DNA of 64,000 bases, taken from assembly GCA_964016885.1 (NCBI GenBank), contig OZ024743.1, positions 273,172,001 through 273,236,000 on the forward strand. Reading direction: 5' to 3'. The DNA comes from Eledone cirrhosa. Taxonomy: Eukaryota. A program made the translations under genes and the position numbers. This document shows positions 14,120-27,750 of the stretch, one piece after another (position 1 is the stretch's first letter; each line of letters opens with the position of its first letter). A model generated the notes under the pieces. That model did no database searches. It had not been told where the DNA came from and saw only the letters and a list, made by a program, of their open reading frames with translations.

Positions 14120-14742
14120 GTATGTTCTTCTGGTTTTATAATTTCACAAATGTTTGCCAATAGAGAGAGAATCGGTTTCTAACATAGTTACAAGACTCTC
14201 TCATTGGAATTTACAGAACATCAACTAGGTAGATATGTATGCATGTCTGCATGCATGCATGTGTAGATATGGATGTTATTGTATGTGAGGATGTGGATGT
14301 TTTGAGTTGTATGTGTACATGTGCATGCGCTTTGTATCTGCACACGTGTATATGCAGCTATTAGATGTACAATTTTTGGAATATTTTACATATTTTTACT
14401 GGATTGCACATTAAATGTCCTAACTAGTTGTGTTCTTTCTGTTCCTGTGAAACCCAGCTTCTCGGGATTTGTATTGATGCAGTTACTAACATACCCCAGT
14501 GCCTCAATAATCACAGGCATAAATCTGAAGGTATAGTCAGGGTGAAGTATCTGCAGAATACTCATCAGTTCTCCATAAATATTCTCCTTTTCGCTAATCT
14601 TTGATATTATATTGGCATCTGCTTGACAGCTAACTTCCACTACTGTGCATGCCTTCTTTTCGCTGTCCCATATTGTTATAGCTGGTCTGTTATGCCTGCA
14701 TTTTATTGGGGTTTTTACTGGAACATTCCACCAGTAATCCTT
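14120..14742 (-). mobile_element. 5'-truncated R4/Dong-clade non-LTR retrotransposon (REL domain end plus 3' UTR)
   Basis: ORF 14386-14640 EVSCQADANIISKISEKENIY closely matches ORF 63275-63601; shared 3' end AAAACCAGAAGAAC; (CATA)n-like sequence on both flanks. Confidence 0.85.
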
Positions 14743-16529
14743 CCTAGTATGTATGTTTTTATGTATGTATGTGTATATTTATGTATGTATGTGTGTTTGT
14801 GTATGCATGTATGTATATATGTGTGTGTGTGTGTATGGCAGTGTGTAACTAGTCACCACCAGCCATATGTAGGTTGTAAAAAAACAAGTCACTAGGATTG
14901 GTAGTGCTTTGGTTGAATTTATCATAGTGGTAAACTGGTCTGATGGAGAAAGTTGGGCACATAGATTGGCAAGTGTATCTGGACAGGCAAGGGGTCAGAA
15001 GAAGGAAGTAGTGTGGGTGGGGTAGGGGTTGTTATTGGGTACAAGTGTAGTAGGAGGAGAAGGGACATAAGGGTCAAAGGAATAGCGCTGGAGGTGTGAG
15101 GGTACGGCTATTTATAGACGGGGCTTATAGGAGGAAGGAGTATTTTTAAATGAAGTATTAATAATAGAAATTAGGGTGTATAGAAGTAAATGAGCAAATG
15201 GTTAAATAAATTAGTAAATAGGATAAAATAACACAGGTAAAAATGAAGCGTTTATAAATAGGTAAAGTGGAATATATATGTTGGTAATCAGCGATAGAGT
15301 GTGTGTACCATGTGTGTGCATAGTGCATACATACAAGCACACACAACAGTATATTGGGAAGATTTTCACAAAAATGCCGAGTGGTTCTGGGTGACGAGCT
15401 TGTATTTTGTTCGGTGTGACTAAGAGTTAGATATTCCATAAGTCCTACATTTTATAAATATAAGACGCATTCGATATCGCGACAAATTTGAGGAGTATTC
15501 AAACGACCAGACAAAATTTCTCTAGTTGAAAGTTTGTGTATATTCGTGTGTACATGTGCCTTTCTAAGTGAGCGTGTGCAGTTGTTATTTCTCTCACTTT
15601 CTCATAGTCACACACACACGTACACCCCCTCTCTCTCTCGCCTTCTCTGTCTGTATATTTATAAGTGATTTTTGTGCACATATAACTATAGTTGCATTTA
15701 TGTATATTTATATGCGACCTTGCGATTGTTAACGTATTTATATGCATATTATATATTTATGTTCGTTTTGTATATATTTCTAAATTGTTCTTCTATTATA
15801 AAAGATTAAGAGCAAATTCACCAACCAATTTGCATACCAATTATCCAGTGACTCGTGTGTAGCTATTATTAAACTATTAACCTAGAATGCTGTAGCTGCA
15901 ATCAACTGAGCTATATAAATGATAATAGACGCCTTGACTATTAAATGTGTTCCCAAATGTAAATTACCATTCAATTTTACTATGCATATCGACACAGTTT
16001 GTGTGCTCTTTCAACAATTATGTTATTATTGAGTTGACCTGAAAATTACAACCTGATTTCTTACTGCCTTTAGCGAAGACTTCTCTACTTCAAACATTCG
16101 GTAAAACAGGAATCCGCCGCTACCATTAGGGCTAAATATACATCAGAGAGGTGCGTTACATAGATATAAAGGATTATAGTTCATACAAATATAGTTTGAT
16201 ATCATAGGTATAGTTTGATATCATAGGTAACGATTTACTCCAATAAATAAATAATCATTAAAATGTTGTAGAAATATCAAAATTGGTGGGAAGAGTCGTA
16301 TATTGATATGAAGTGCAGCACAGTTCCGCCAACACAGTATAGGTTTTCAATAAATAATATATTATTACATTTTAAATTTAGAACATACGAGCGCCTATTT
16401 GACAGACGTTTCGATCATGTATAAAACAATGACAGGCATGTGTTTATTTAATAGATAAACTAATGTGAAAAGATAGACCAGTATAAAATAATAGAAATTA
16501 AATATAAACATTCAATATATAAAATCTCA

Positions 16530-16720
16530 TAATTGTTTCTACTTTTGGGACAAGGCTAGCAATTATTCCAGTGTATTACTGGTACTTTATTTTATCGACC
16601 CTGTAAGGATGAAAGGCAAAGTTAACCTCGCCGGGATTTGAACTCAGACCATAAAGGGCCGTAACTCTTTGCTGCAAAGCATGGTGTCCGATCCTCTACC
16701 GATACTGCCAATCCACCGCC
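16530..16720 (-). mobile_element. tRNA-derived SINE
   Basis: Same family consensus; ends CCAATCCACCGCC. Confidence 0.85.
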
Positions 16721-16764
16721 CTTATATATATATATAATCTCATAATGCCAAATTATATAAAGAG

Positions 16765-18350
16765 CTGGACTTGAACTTGACGTCATCCTAGTTATGTTGA
16801 ACATCGATACTCTAGGGGACGGCAAGGCCTTCGGCGGACCAATTCGCCAGGGCTGGCTTTAGTTCCTGAGCAACGTCGGGTAGGGTCAGATGGTAGCATT
16901 GAGTTTGATGAGCCAATCTGCTAAAGGGTGGTATGGTGCGCCACTTAGCCTGATGAGGAATTTAGAGAGAGCAAAGTAGATTCTCGTTGTGAAGAGCACC
17001 AGGTGCACATCAATGAGGCGTAATTTTTTCGTCATCGTCATCAGGTATGCATGTTTGCTCTCGTGGCACTCACGTATGGCTTTCGGGAAGATTGAACATC
17101 CGAGAGTGCATATGGTGCCGTTCGGGTACTGTCGAGCTCCAGTTAGGACAGGATCGATGCTGAGAACGGAGTTTTTGAATTCGACTCCGCCATAGCTCAC
17201 ATTGACGACCTTGGATTTGAACAGGTTGATCTCCAGTGTTAGGTGACTTACGGCAGGAACGACCCTCTTAAGGTCCTAAGTAACAGACTGAACCGTGTCA
17301 AGTACCAGCCATTAACGGGTGATGGTCGGGTGATGTCAGCAACAGCTAGCACGAATAGGAACGGGCCGACTGGGTCCAATCGCTGGACATCTGTGGCGGA
17401 GGAGACCCGTTTGCCAGCAGCCACGAGTGTGCTGTGTATCCCATAAACACGTCTCTAAAACGTGACCCCGCCTAATACTGTTGAAAGTGTTACGAATGTC
17501 CAACATCCCTAAGAGGTTAGGTGACGAACGAAGCGTGTGCTCTATGAAGTACCTGATCGCACGAGCAGCAGCTTCACATACACAGGTAAGCCCCACTCGG
17601 GCTGGATGGCTGAATATATCGCTCAGGTCGTCAAAAACCGACCTGCAGGTCATCTTAGCCGCAAGTCACCTTAAGAAGTTACCCCCTGCAATAGGTCGTG
17701 CTACCGACATGCTTCCTTAACACCGCCAAGTTGGCTGAGAAGAGAAGAATTTGGGCCTGGAGGCGGAAGTTGCTACGAGAGGCCTGTTGGTGAGACCGGT
17801 AATGGTTCTGAGCAGCCACGCTCCCGCCTCAGCAGATTGTGGCAGGATTAAGGATTAGATCAATGAGGTGGCCGAGACGCAGGCCATCCAATCCGTCACT
17901 GCTGCTGCCTGGGAAGGATACCAGATGCTGTTACATCCTCGCCGTACACGAATAAGGCAGCAACTCTGTTAAGGAACAGGAGGTCCCTTATATCCGCCGG
18001 TGAGTCCGGTTGTTTGAGAGGGAGTGCGGTCACAACCTCCAGTGTGAACCGTAGTACTCTGCTGGAGGCCAGCACAGGCACCGCATCGGAAACGTAGCCC
18101 TCGATTAATTTTCAATTGACTTGGTCACAGAGCCGTGTCACACAGTCGGAAGAAGACTACGTGTACTGTGTTGGTGTGAGTGGGTAGTGTGTGAGACACG
18201 AGAAGCTGATTAGTGACAGTTGTTCGAAGGAAGCGACGTTGCCTCTGAGCTTCAAGGTCAACGTGGAAACGAACCCAACCCCCTCATTTGAATCCCGCGT
18301 ATGAGCGACGCAAAACTGTTGTCCCAGTTGACTTAATTCCATGGCGAGAT
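16765..18350 (-). mobile_element. Decayed CRE-clade non-LTR retrotransposon RT region
   Basis: GC-richer island; minus-strand peptides RPIAGGNFLR*LA, GLTCVCEAAARAIR and LDIRNTFNSIRR resemble CRE RT motifs RPIAVG..LRRL, G.EA..HA.R and LD..NAFNSI.R. Confidence 0.75.
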
Positions 18351-18836
18351 TAACTACTTATTGTAATGACTGTATATTCAATGTATATTATGTTATTTCA
18401 TGGTATTTAGTGAAAATAATTATTTATTTACTTAGTTATTGTCTCTCTATTCGTTTTTTGTTCGTTTCAAGCTTTCATAATAAACTTAGGAGATAAAAAT
18501 GTGTAAATGTGAAATATTGTTGTAAACAGCATTTATTTGTAATAGTAATCCTTTTTTCGTAAAAGAGTCTGTGAAAAATAATTATGACCTAAATTAATGG
18601 AATCAATAGTAATCAATGCAAAACGACGTGTGTATATATGCAGACGCGCATATGCACGTAAATCCCTGAAATCCTACATTTCTAAAAACGTCATTACACA
18701 GAATGCTATCTATTTCGAAATTATGATGGAAATTTGCAAAACTGCGTCCATTAACTACCTCTGAGATTCTCTCTAACTTTCCCAATATGTCTCTCCCTCC
18801 CCTACTTTCATTCATTCCTTTTCCACCTGTGTTAGT

Positions 18837-18907
18837 ATTACTCCAGATAGAATGACAGATTGAATGAGAATAGCACTCATTCAATCTGTCATTCTATCTG
18901 GAGTAAT
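18837..18907. repeat. Perfect 32-bp inverted repeat with 7-nt loop
   Basis: ATTACTCCAGATAGAATGACAGATTGAATGAG-aatagca-CTCATTCAATCTGTCATTCTATCTGGAGTAAT. Confidence 0.9.
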
Positions 18908-19169
18908 GGAAACAATTATATGGTGAGATAATCTTCTGCAATACTTTTTCTCCATATCTCATGCAGTATCTGTCTTTATATAAACCTTACTTAATCACAC
19001 GGCACATGATCTTAAGCTATACTTTCTTCCAACCTAATGTCAGACGTATTGCTGTACACACCTTTTAGATCACGAAATCGATATTGAGAAGTCGGTGCCA
19101 GAAAAAACTCATTACCTTCATATTAATCTAATCCCTGTTGTGACTTTACAATACGCAATTGGATGGAGC

Positions 19170-19175
<6 letters not shown>

Positions 19176-19211
<36 letters not shown>

Positions 19212-19277
19212 TACATATATATATAGATATCACGTATCTATATATCTCTCTCTCTCTCTATATATATATATATGTAC

Positions 19278-19310
<33 letters not shown>

Positions 19311-19345
19311 AACATATATGTATATATACTTATATATATATATAT

Positions 19346-19378
<33 letters not shown>

Positions 19379-19445
19379 TATATATATTTACATATATATA
19401 TATGTACATATATATATATGTACATATATAATTATATATATATAT

Positions 19446-19490
<45 letters not shown>

Positions 19491-19528
19491 CATATATATA
19501 TATGTACATATATATATATGTACATATA

Positions 19529-19600
<72 letters not shown>

Positions 19601-19610
19601 GAGAGAGAGA
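19176..19610. repeat. Compound (TA)n/(CATA) microsatellite
   Basis: Direct reading. Confidence 0.95.
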
Positions 19611-19929
19611 CGTGCTTAGTGCGTACACTCAACCATACACAAACACATAACTACTCAACGCTAGTACAGACATATTTTCCCCACCTTGTATATCAGTTTT
19701 TGTGTACCAATATTTATCTGATGACTGGCAACAATATATCCTCAGCAATAAACAATATAAAGTAACATAACCTTGTCACGTGCAGAACATTTTCTTCTCA
19801 ACTGTTTCAATGCTGAGTAAGCGTTCGGTACTAATTAACTATAAACTGCAATCACACCTATACGTTCAATTGACTAGATATGCACTTGTGTGTACATATA
19901 TACGTAAGCTTTTGTGTATATTTTTGAAA

Positions 19930-20660
19930 AAGACGTTAGGGATTACGATCGCGCTGTGTGGAGGCTCATATATTCATGCGCATTTATGTTTTTGACGATC
20001 TTACAAAATGCGTTATTCGCCGTCAGGCCGTAAATATATAAGAGATGTACTACTTACTCGTTGAATTGTCATTTTGCCTGAAAGAACCAATAACGATCCT
20101 AACTTCCTGAATATCATGTTAACCGCAGATGTGTGTCTTGTGTATAAGGGTAATACCGGGAAACCAAAGCCATAGTCAGCACAGTGAATGCATGCATCGT
20201 CACTAAGGCCTCGCAAAAACTACATCAAGACAGGATCAGAATTACGATTATGCTGATTGTTTCCATCGCCAAGTGAGATATTGCCTATCATGAATACACA
20301 CAAGGAGGACACAGGCACACAGGAATATTATAATAAAACCTGACTTCTTCGGTATATAGTTCGGTGTAAGAGACCGAATCAATGGGCTTCGTAAAACTGG
20401 CAGATGTATCATGACAATATCGCGCGAAATTCCGTGCAACTGAGCCATTTTCTTGGCAAAGAAAGGCAATTTCCTAGTTTACCATTCTACCTTTCCCCAG
20501 ACAACTTTTGACTTCTTTGATAACCAAGAGGACAACATGCGCACTGCAATTGAGAGCCATTCCAGAAGAAGCATTTCAAATGTGAGTAGAGTCACAACTG
20601 GCCCACGTTCATGTCAACCAGCAAATGGACTCGACTAAGTACGTTATTTTGCCCCTATAT
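19930..20660 (+). mobile_element. Decayed Tc1/mariner (mariner-type) transposase remnant
   Basis: Collinear peptides NDPNFLNIMLTADVCLVY (cf. IITGDETWVY), VRCKRPNQWAS*NWQMYHDN (cf. W.LHHDNA) and LAKKG...FDFF (cf. SPDL.P.DFF). Confidence 0.75.
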
Positions 20661-22052
20661 AAGGTTAAATACTCCTTCGACAAACATGGTATATATCAAG
20701 TGGCTGTATACAATTCTCCAATTCTGGATATCTCATGTATGTAAGTATAGTATATATATATGTATGTGTGTAAGTATGTATGTATGTATGGATGAATGCA
20801 GATACGGTTAAGTTGTTAAGAGACTCGTTTCTCAACCATGGCATCAGAGTTGTGCTTGATATCTTGATCAAATGGCATGAGTCTGTGAAAGTTAGGTATG
20901 GTAAGGGATGTTGGAGGGGAATTATGATTGCAGAAATCACTAATTAGAATCGACAAATGTTTAGTGGAGAGAGATAGTCGATTAAATCAACATCAGTGCT
21001 TAACTGGTGTGCGTGTGATCGACCTCAATCGGTGGACAATTGCCCTCGAAGGGAATTGAACGTAAGAAGTAAAGAGAGGTAACTAAATGCAGCAAGGAAA
21101 TTTCCCTCAATGATGCATCAATTCTGTTTTCTCACTTACTAATCAAAATATTGATTTCTAATATCCGTAAGTCTAGTAAGAGTATATACTTGAATAAACC
21201 AAGCAGTATTTGAGTTTATCGTATTTAATGTATCTACATATGAAACAATAGCAATGTGAATTTAACCTCAGTACATAAAGTGATGTAGCTAAATAAGATA
21301 TAATTTTGTTTGACGATTTACTGATTCGAAATATATGTCAACGTATTCTGACAGCAGTATTGTCGGATGTAAAAATATATTAAACGATTATTATACACGA
21401 AATATACAGCAAAAGAAGGATACATATTGTGGGTGACAATAAATTCGATATACGAGTACACCGAGAGAAGAATATATTTAGTAGGCAATTTCGTAAACAC
21501 GAAGAACATTTTATTAATATCGGAATAATCAATTCCTTGTTCTAACGTGTTTGAATGTATGGCAACGTTAAATGCTTATTTTGTTACATATAGATACCGT
21601 GCATTCCTTATTCACAGAGTGCAGCACTTCTCAGCTTATCAAATTGGTTATCAGATAAAATTGCCGACAATTAGACGACAAAATATAATAACATATAATA
21701 CAAATGACACTGAAATTCACGAAGGAAATGAGATGGATCCTGGCATGCATACATATGTGTATAAATACATATATACACTCACATTCAAGCATATATACAA
21801 TTATATATAGGCCTATCCAAGATGTATATCGGGAGGTAATCACAGTTTAAAAAGAATTCCAATACCTTAGTAGAATATAGGCATATTTATTTAAGTATAG
21901 AAATGTCTCCTACAGGACTAGAACTGTTCCATTCGTAAGAAATGACCAGGAAAGCCCTGATTATTTATTTTGGATAAAACAGTTATAGTCTCTTAGAAAT
22001 CTTTTCTATATACACAAATATATATACATACACACACACATACGCCCCCTCA

Positions 22053-22141
<89 letters not shown>

Positions 22142-22151
<10 letters not shown>

Positions 22152-23088
22152 CGTAAAATAAGAAAATTATGAAGTTAGCTTACTTACTAAAATATCACTT
22201 CCAACTAATTAGTTTCTGGAATGTAATAAATATATTTTCTGAAGAAAATACAGAGAATCATTCCGTCGTCGGGGAAGACTATTCTCATCTAAGTATCCAG
22301 TCAAAGCGTGGACTCTGGAAACTTATTAAAAAATAATTCAGTGGTTAGAAAATAGCAAAGCGTGGACTGAATTCCTAGCCATTGAGAAAATCACTGCCTC
22401 TGCGTCGGTGGCAAATTCAAAAAGAATCAATCACGTGACATCGAGGTCAATCAGTGTAAAGTGGTTTGCTCATAAGACAGCGGCCTGCCTGCTACCATGG
22501 CAGCAGTCATGGCCAATATTGCTCGACAAATAATTTAGAGATAATTATAAAGAATTAATATCTAGTAACATATATATACATACAGATGCATATCAATGCT
22601 AGCAAATATATAGGTTTTGTCTTAGTAACTTTGTGGTTCAATGCATGGGGTTGCAGAACAATAATATGAGAGACGTAAAATAAGAAAATTATAAAATTAA
22701 CTTACTAAAATATCACTTCCAACTAATTAGTTTCTGGAATGGAATAAATACTGATTGTCCTCGATGTCACGTGATTGATTCTTTTTGAATTTGCCACCGA
22801 CGCAGAGGCAGTGATTTTCTCAATGGCTAGGAATTCAGTCCACGCTTTGATATTTTCTAACCACTGAATTATTTTTTAATAAGTTTCTAGATTCCACGCT
22901 TTGCCTGGATACTTAGATGAGAATAGTCTTCCCAACGACGGAATGATTCTCTGTATTTTCTTCGGAAAATATATTTATTCCATTCCAGAAACTAATTAGT
23001 TGGAAGTGATATTTTAGTAAGTAAGTTAATTTTATAATTTTCTTATTTTACGTCTCTCATATTATTGTTCTGCAACTCCATGCATTGA
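22142..23088. mobile_element. Non-coding HHR element (about 520-bp unit), partial tandem plus inverted copy
   Basis: 22142-22230 is repeated at ~22663-22750; 22751-23062 is the reverse complement of ~22142-22454; homologous to 23886-24555. Confidence 0.8.
22198..22277 (-). ncRNA. Type I hammerhead, CCGACGA core variant
   Basis: CTTCC-CCGACGA-c-GGAATG...TATTTTCttcaGAAAATA...CATTCC-a-GAAAC-TAATTA-GTT-GGAAG; a degenerate twin lies at 22928-23006 (+). Confidence 0.7.
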
Positions 23089-23827
23089 AATTAAATATAT
23101 ATATGCACGCATCCATATACGTACATACACATGCATGCGCTAAAACACCCGCCATGTGTATGCAAATATACGCACGTACACAAAAAAACACGCACGCACA
23201 TACAGAACGCACACAACGCCTGTACCCGCACACATACGAACCAAATACAGATAAAAATATATATAAAAAAGATATAAATATATGTATGTGTGTGCGTGTA
23301 TACATATAATTATATAAACGTATATAAATATACACACATAATTACGTATATAACGCGCGCACACACATACCTACATGTAAATACACATATGTTCGCTAAA
23401 CATACGTCAACCAAAACACAAGGTACACATATACACTCACCATACATACGTACGAACCCGCATACTCACACAGACGCAAAACTCACGTATACACATTACC
23501 ATATGCACATGTACCAGTATATATAATATAATATATACATATACAAGCAAATATACGTACGAGAGAGTATACGTTCCTTCACAAAACATACAGGTAATAC
23601 ATACTTACCAATACAAATAAGTAATGGTATAAACATAACATATACTAAGCTACCACATCAAGACGTAAAATATCCGCGTATAGTTCGTACTAATTTCGTA
23701 CTAAGCCTAATTTAAAACCTATGACATTATTAACTCAAGGCCAGATGCAAAATAATTGATATTCCACACACACACACACACACACGCACACACACACATA
23801 CGCGCACATATATACATATATATGTAT

Positions 23828-23885
<58 letters not shown>

Positions 23886-23886
<1 letters not shown>

Positions 23887-24555
23887 TAGATAATTTAATA
23901 TATCTACTAACATAAGCGCACAGATGTACGCTAATGCCAGCAAATACACAGGTTATGTCATAGTACCTAGGTGGTTCAATGCAGGAGGATGCAGAACAAT
24001 AATATAAAAGACGTAAAATAAGAAAATCTTTAAAAAAAGTTTTTAAAAAAAATTTTAACTTACTTACTTAAATTTTCACTCCAACTAATTAGTTTCTGCA
24101 ATGGGATAAAGACAGTTACGTAATCCAACTGTCGAGAATTCATTGCGTCATCAGGGAGTCTATTCTCAGCTAAGTCTCCAGGCAATGCGCGGACACCGGG
24201 GACTCATATAAAAATAATAATAATTCGGTAGATGGAACAGCTAGCGGGGGCTGAATTCCATGCACCGAAATCCTCGCTGCCTCTGGTCAAATGGCCGATT
24301 CTAAAGAATCAATCACGTGACACAGAGGCTAGTCAGTAGGAATGGGATGGTAAGATGACAGACGCCTACTAACACCCCCCAAAAAAATTTAGAAGTGGTT
24401 TTGGCAGGTTTGCTCGACAAATCAGTGATTTGGAGATAAATATAGATAATTTAATATATCTACTAACATAAGCGCACATATGTACGCTAATGCCAGCAAA
24501 TACACAGGTTATGTCATAGTACCTAGGTGGTTCAATGCAGGAGGTGGTTCAATGC
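23886..24555 (-). mobile_element. Non-coding HHR element (556-bp unit with about 100-bp terminal direct repeat)
   Basis: ATAGATAATTTAATATATCTACTAACATAAGCGCAC at 23886 and 24442; one internal HHR; abuts (TA)n. Confidence 0.8.
24078..24159 (-). ncRNA. Type I hammerhead ribozyme, intact core, extended stem II
   Basis: ACTCC-CTGATGA-c-GCAATG...GACAGTT..AACTGTC...CATTGC-a-GAAAC-TAATTA-GTT-GGAGT; stem III palindrome ACTAATTAGT. Confidence 0.85.
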
Positions 24556-25721
24556 TGGATTTAGAAGATATATTTCGGTAACATAGTATACTGATTTTTA
24601 ACATTGAAATATTACCAGGTGGATAAAAGGATGAATACTGTATCGTATAATTTCCTTGTTACTTGTATAAGTGTACGAATCAATTCTAATTGAAAATGAC
24701 TAGATTTCTAAAAGCTTGATGAAGTACGTGACATCTATTATGCCATCAAACATCTTTGCTGATTTACGTCAGTCGGATGAACGTTTCTTTGTAGTTGTTG
24801 AACTGTAGTCCTCAGAACAGCTATGGTTTGCCATATGCGAAAATATTACATTGTGATTTATCCATGAATGTAACGAATGTATACTTCAGGAAATTACATT
24901 CCATCAACGAGATATCAGAAACTTTGGAATCATTGATTGTCCCATGTAATGAAATAGTTTGATAATTAATGTGTGCTCTATAACTCTAGATGTTGTTACT
25001 TCGGGCTTTTGAAAGGAACTTTCTGCTTAATATAGTGTTGGTTATTGTTTAACCGTAGGTCTGGGTGGATTGAGCAAATCTATGATCCAAGGCTTGCCAG
25101 CAGTGACAATAAATTCCTTCTCTCGAACATTGCTTATCAATTACTATAAGTTCCCATATGGCTCCCGTTTTATAAGATCAGAAAAACAATTTTCAGGTTG
25201 ATTTGGTTGGTATTTCAAGTGCATAGAACCACTAATTAGAGGTCATGATTTACGTATAGGAAACTCTGGACACTGGCTAACATGTTTTTGCGATGAACTA
25301 CTTCGTTTAGATGTACACTTTTGAATATGGAGTTAGCGATGTGTCATTCTTTGTTATTCTTCACCCTCATCTTACTGTTCGTGACTATATAACTATCTTA
25401 GCAAGGTGAATGAATACTTCACCTTGGAGTGCGACAAATTGTGTCATCTTTTTCAAGACACCTGCAATTATATATAGTCGATAGACTATAATAACAAGTG
25501 TAATAATGAATAAAAGTAAAAAAAAAACATTGCACACAAATTTGAATAAAATGAAGGGGGAGAAATAGAGTTAAGTTAATATAAAGAGGAAGTTAACGCA
25601 AATAATCACATATAAAATAATTAAATTATAATAGGAAAATGTGGTAAATAACAAATGTTTATAATTCTTTCCAAAATCAATTCTGGAATTGTTGTTGAAC
25701 GCATCGTAGACTCACATACGT

Positions 25722-25800
<79 letters not shown>

Positions 25801-25831
25801 AAGAATCAAAGAACTGTTCAAAACATTATTG

Positions 25832-25878
25832 TGCTTACAGCTGTTTCCTCCAAACCGAGGTTTGGATTCTTCGGAGCA
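25832..25878 (-). ncRNA. Type I hammerhead, CCGAAGA core variant
   Basis: TGCT-CCGAAGA-a-TCCAAAC-ctcg-GTTTGGA-g-GAAAC-AGCT-GTA-AGCA. Confidence 0.75.
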
Positions 25879-27234
25879 ATTTATTAATGCATGGACAGTT
25901 ATATGGAACCCTTCGCAGGGAAAATACCCATTTATACCTCTACGGCAGGTGTGACAACATCCACCCACTTGGACGGCACTACACCGCTCTAAGGGTAATT
26001 TGAGCATGAATTGATCGGCTGGATGGTGTTGGGCAGAGGAAACACCTTCCTTAGACAGATGTAAAATGATTTAATCGAGTAGCGCTGTTGACCAGTAGGA
26101 CCGGGCTGCTGAGCGCAGTGAGTGAATGCAATGCAACTGCCGTGCGGGTTGTACGTATATGGATGATCTGACGGTCAGAGAGGGGTCGCGAGGACTGCGG
26201 ATTGACCTTTGGCCTGCCTGGGGACGATTATCTTTCGACATCCAATGTAGCAAGTGATGACCCAGATCTTACCAGAGATCATTGGGTCCTGAAGCAATCC
26301 TGCAATCACCGCGCCTGGTCATATGAGCAGACTACAACCACAGAGATCATTAATTTAGAATCCTCGCTCATCATCTATAATTTCCATTTGTAGCACCTTA
26401 TGATGGGTTAATCCACCTTAATAATAATATGATCACCTTCAGCATAATTTAGTTAAACTACTCTATAGTTAGTACACTTTATGCTTTAAAAGTCTCTCTT
26501 GGAAGGTGCACCTCACCATAGAATTTAGGGTCTATATTGGGACACATTTTAATGGCTAGATATAGAAACCCCAGAGTTACCTCCCCGCATGCATTAACTC
26601 CCCTTAGCCACACACACACTTCCGGTATTCAATGGCGTCTCTCGAAACGTAACAACCTCCTGTATCGAACTAAAGAACACCAGACTACGATCTCTAACTG
26701 GATTGTCGTGGATTATGTGAAAGGCATATAATCGAAATATACACTCCCTTGACCATGAAAATGCCGAAGTACATGAATTACTTGACATCCCTGCGCTGTG
26801 CATCTCCAATACTTATAACACTTTTAATGCTTGCACTATCTTTAATGCTTATAATATTTCTCCACACACAGACTATATCAATCATATAAAGACTTTGCCA
26901 CCAGATCTACCAACCTAACACTCTTATTTACCTACCTAAGTGCCTCTACCACACATATCTCTCTGCCACACTATATAAACAAGACGCACATGCGTGCCAC
27001 ACATATAACATTTGCACTATATAACCACTTATCTTCATGTTGTACTTTAACCTATATCTTTGATTTTTGATTGTACCTATTAATATAAATGTAATCTCGA
27101 AGTGTGTACTGCCACTCTAAATTCTGTAATGAATGTTGACCCACAATGTTTGAATATGTATCAATGTTTGAATATGTATTGGTATGTCTCTCGGCTGAAA
27201 AGGAGGTCATATAACTGTCCATGCATTAATAAAT

Positions 27235-27281
27235 TGCTCCGAAGAATCTAAACCTCGGTTTGGAGGAAACAGCTGTAAGCA
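27235..27281 (+). ncRNA. Type I hammerhead, CCGAAGA core variant
   Basis: TGCT-CCGAAGA-a-TCTAAAC-ctcg-GTTTGGA-g-GAAAC-AGCT-GTA-AGCA; stem III palindrome ACAGCTGT. Confidence 0.75.
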
Positions 27282-27485
27282 CAATAATGTTTTGAACAGT
27301 TCTTTGATTCTTATATTTCATATAACTGCTCTGTAAATCATCTGATGTTTTTACATTGAGCTACTTAACTTACTGGTAATAAGGTAGTAATACATTACTG
27401 CCTACCACTATTTAGGGTGTGTGTAAAATACTTACAACTGCTTAAGGTTTTGTGTTTACATAACCATAAATAGTATAACTAATAC

Positions 27486-27566
<81 letters not shown>

Positions 27567-27568
<2 letters not shown>

Positions 27569-27750
27569 CTGTTTCTACTATTGGCACAAGGCCAGAAATT
27601 ACCCAGTACATTACTGGTACTTTATTTTATCGACCCCGTAAGGATGAAAGGCAAAGTCAACCTCGGCGGGATTTGAACTCAGATCGTAAAGGGACGTAAC
27701 TATGCTGGAAAGCATGGCGTCCGACCCTCTACCGATACTGCCAATCCACC
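27567..27750 (-). mobile_element. tRNA-derived SINE (young copy)
   Basis: Nearly identical to the copies at 29299-29487 and 31319-31503. Confidence 0.9.

Larger units (their letters stand above)
25790..27485 (+). mobile_element. 5'-truncated PLE with inverted pLTR and decayed GIY-YIG remnant
   Basis: ~25790-25905 is the reverse complement of ~27208-27322, each with an HHR; remnants VYIG, ARYRNP and CRGLCE at ~26530-26730; (TA)n on both sides. Confidence 0.7.

Noticed and set aside
19712-19770. CTGATGA hits here and at 50529-50575
   Set aside because: No convincing stem I or stem III with a properly placed GAAA.
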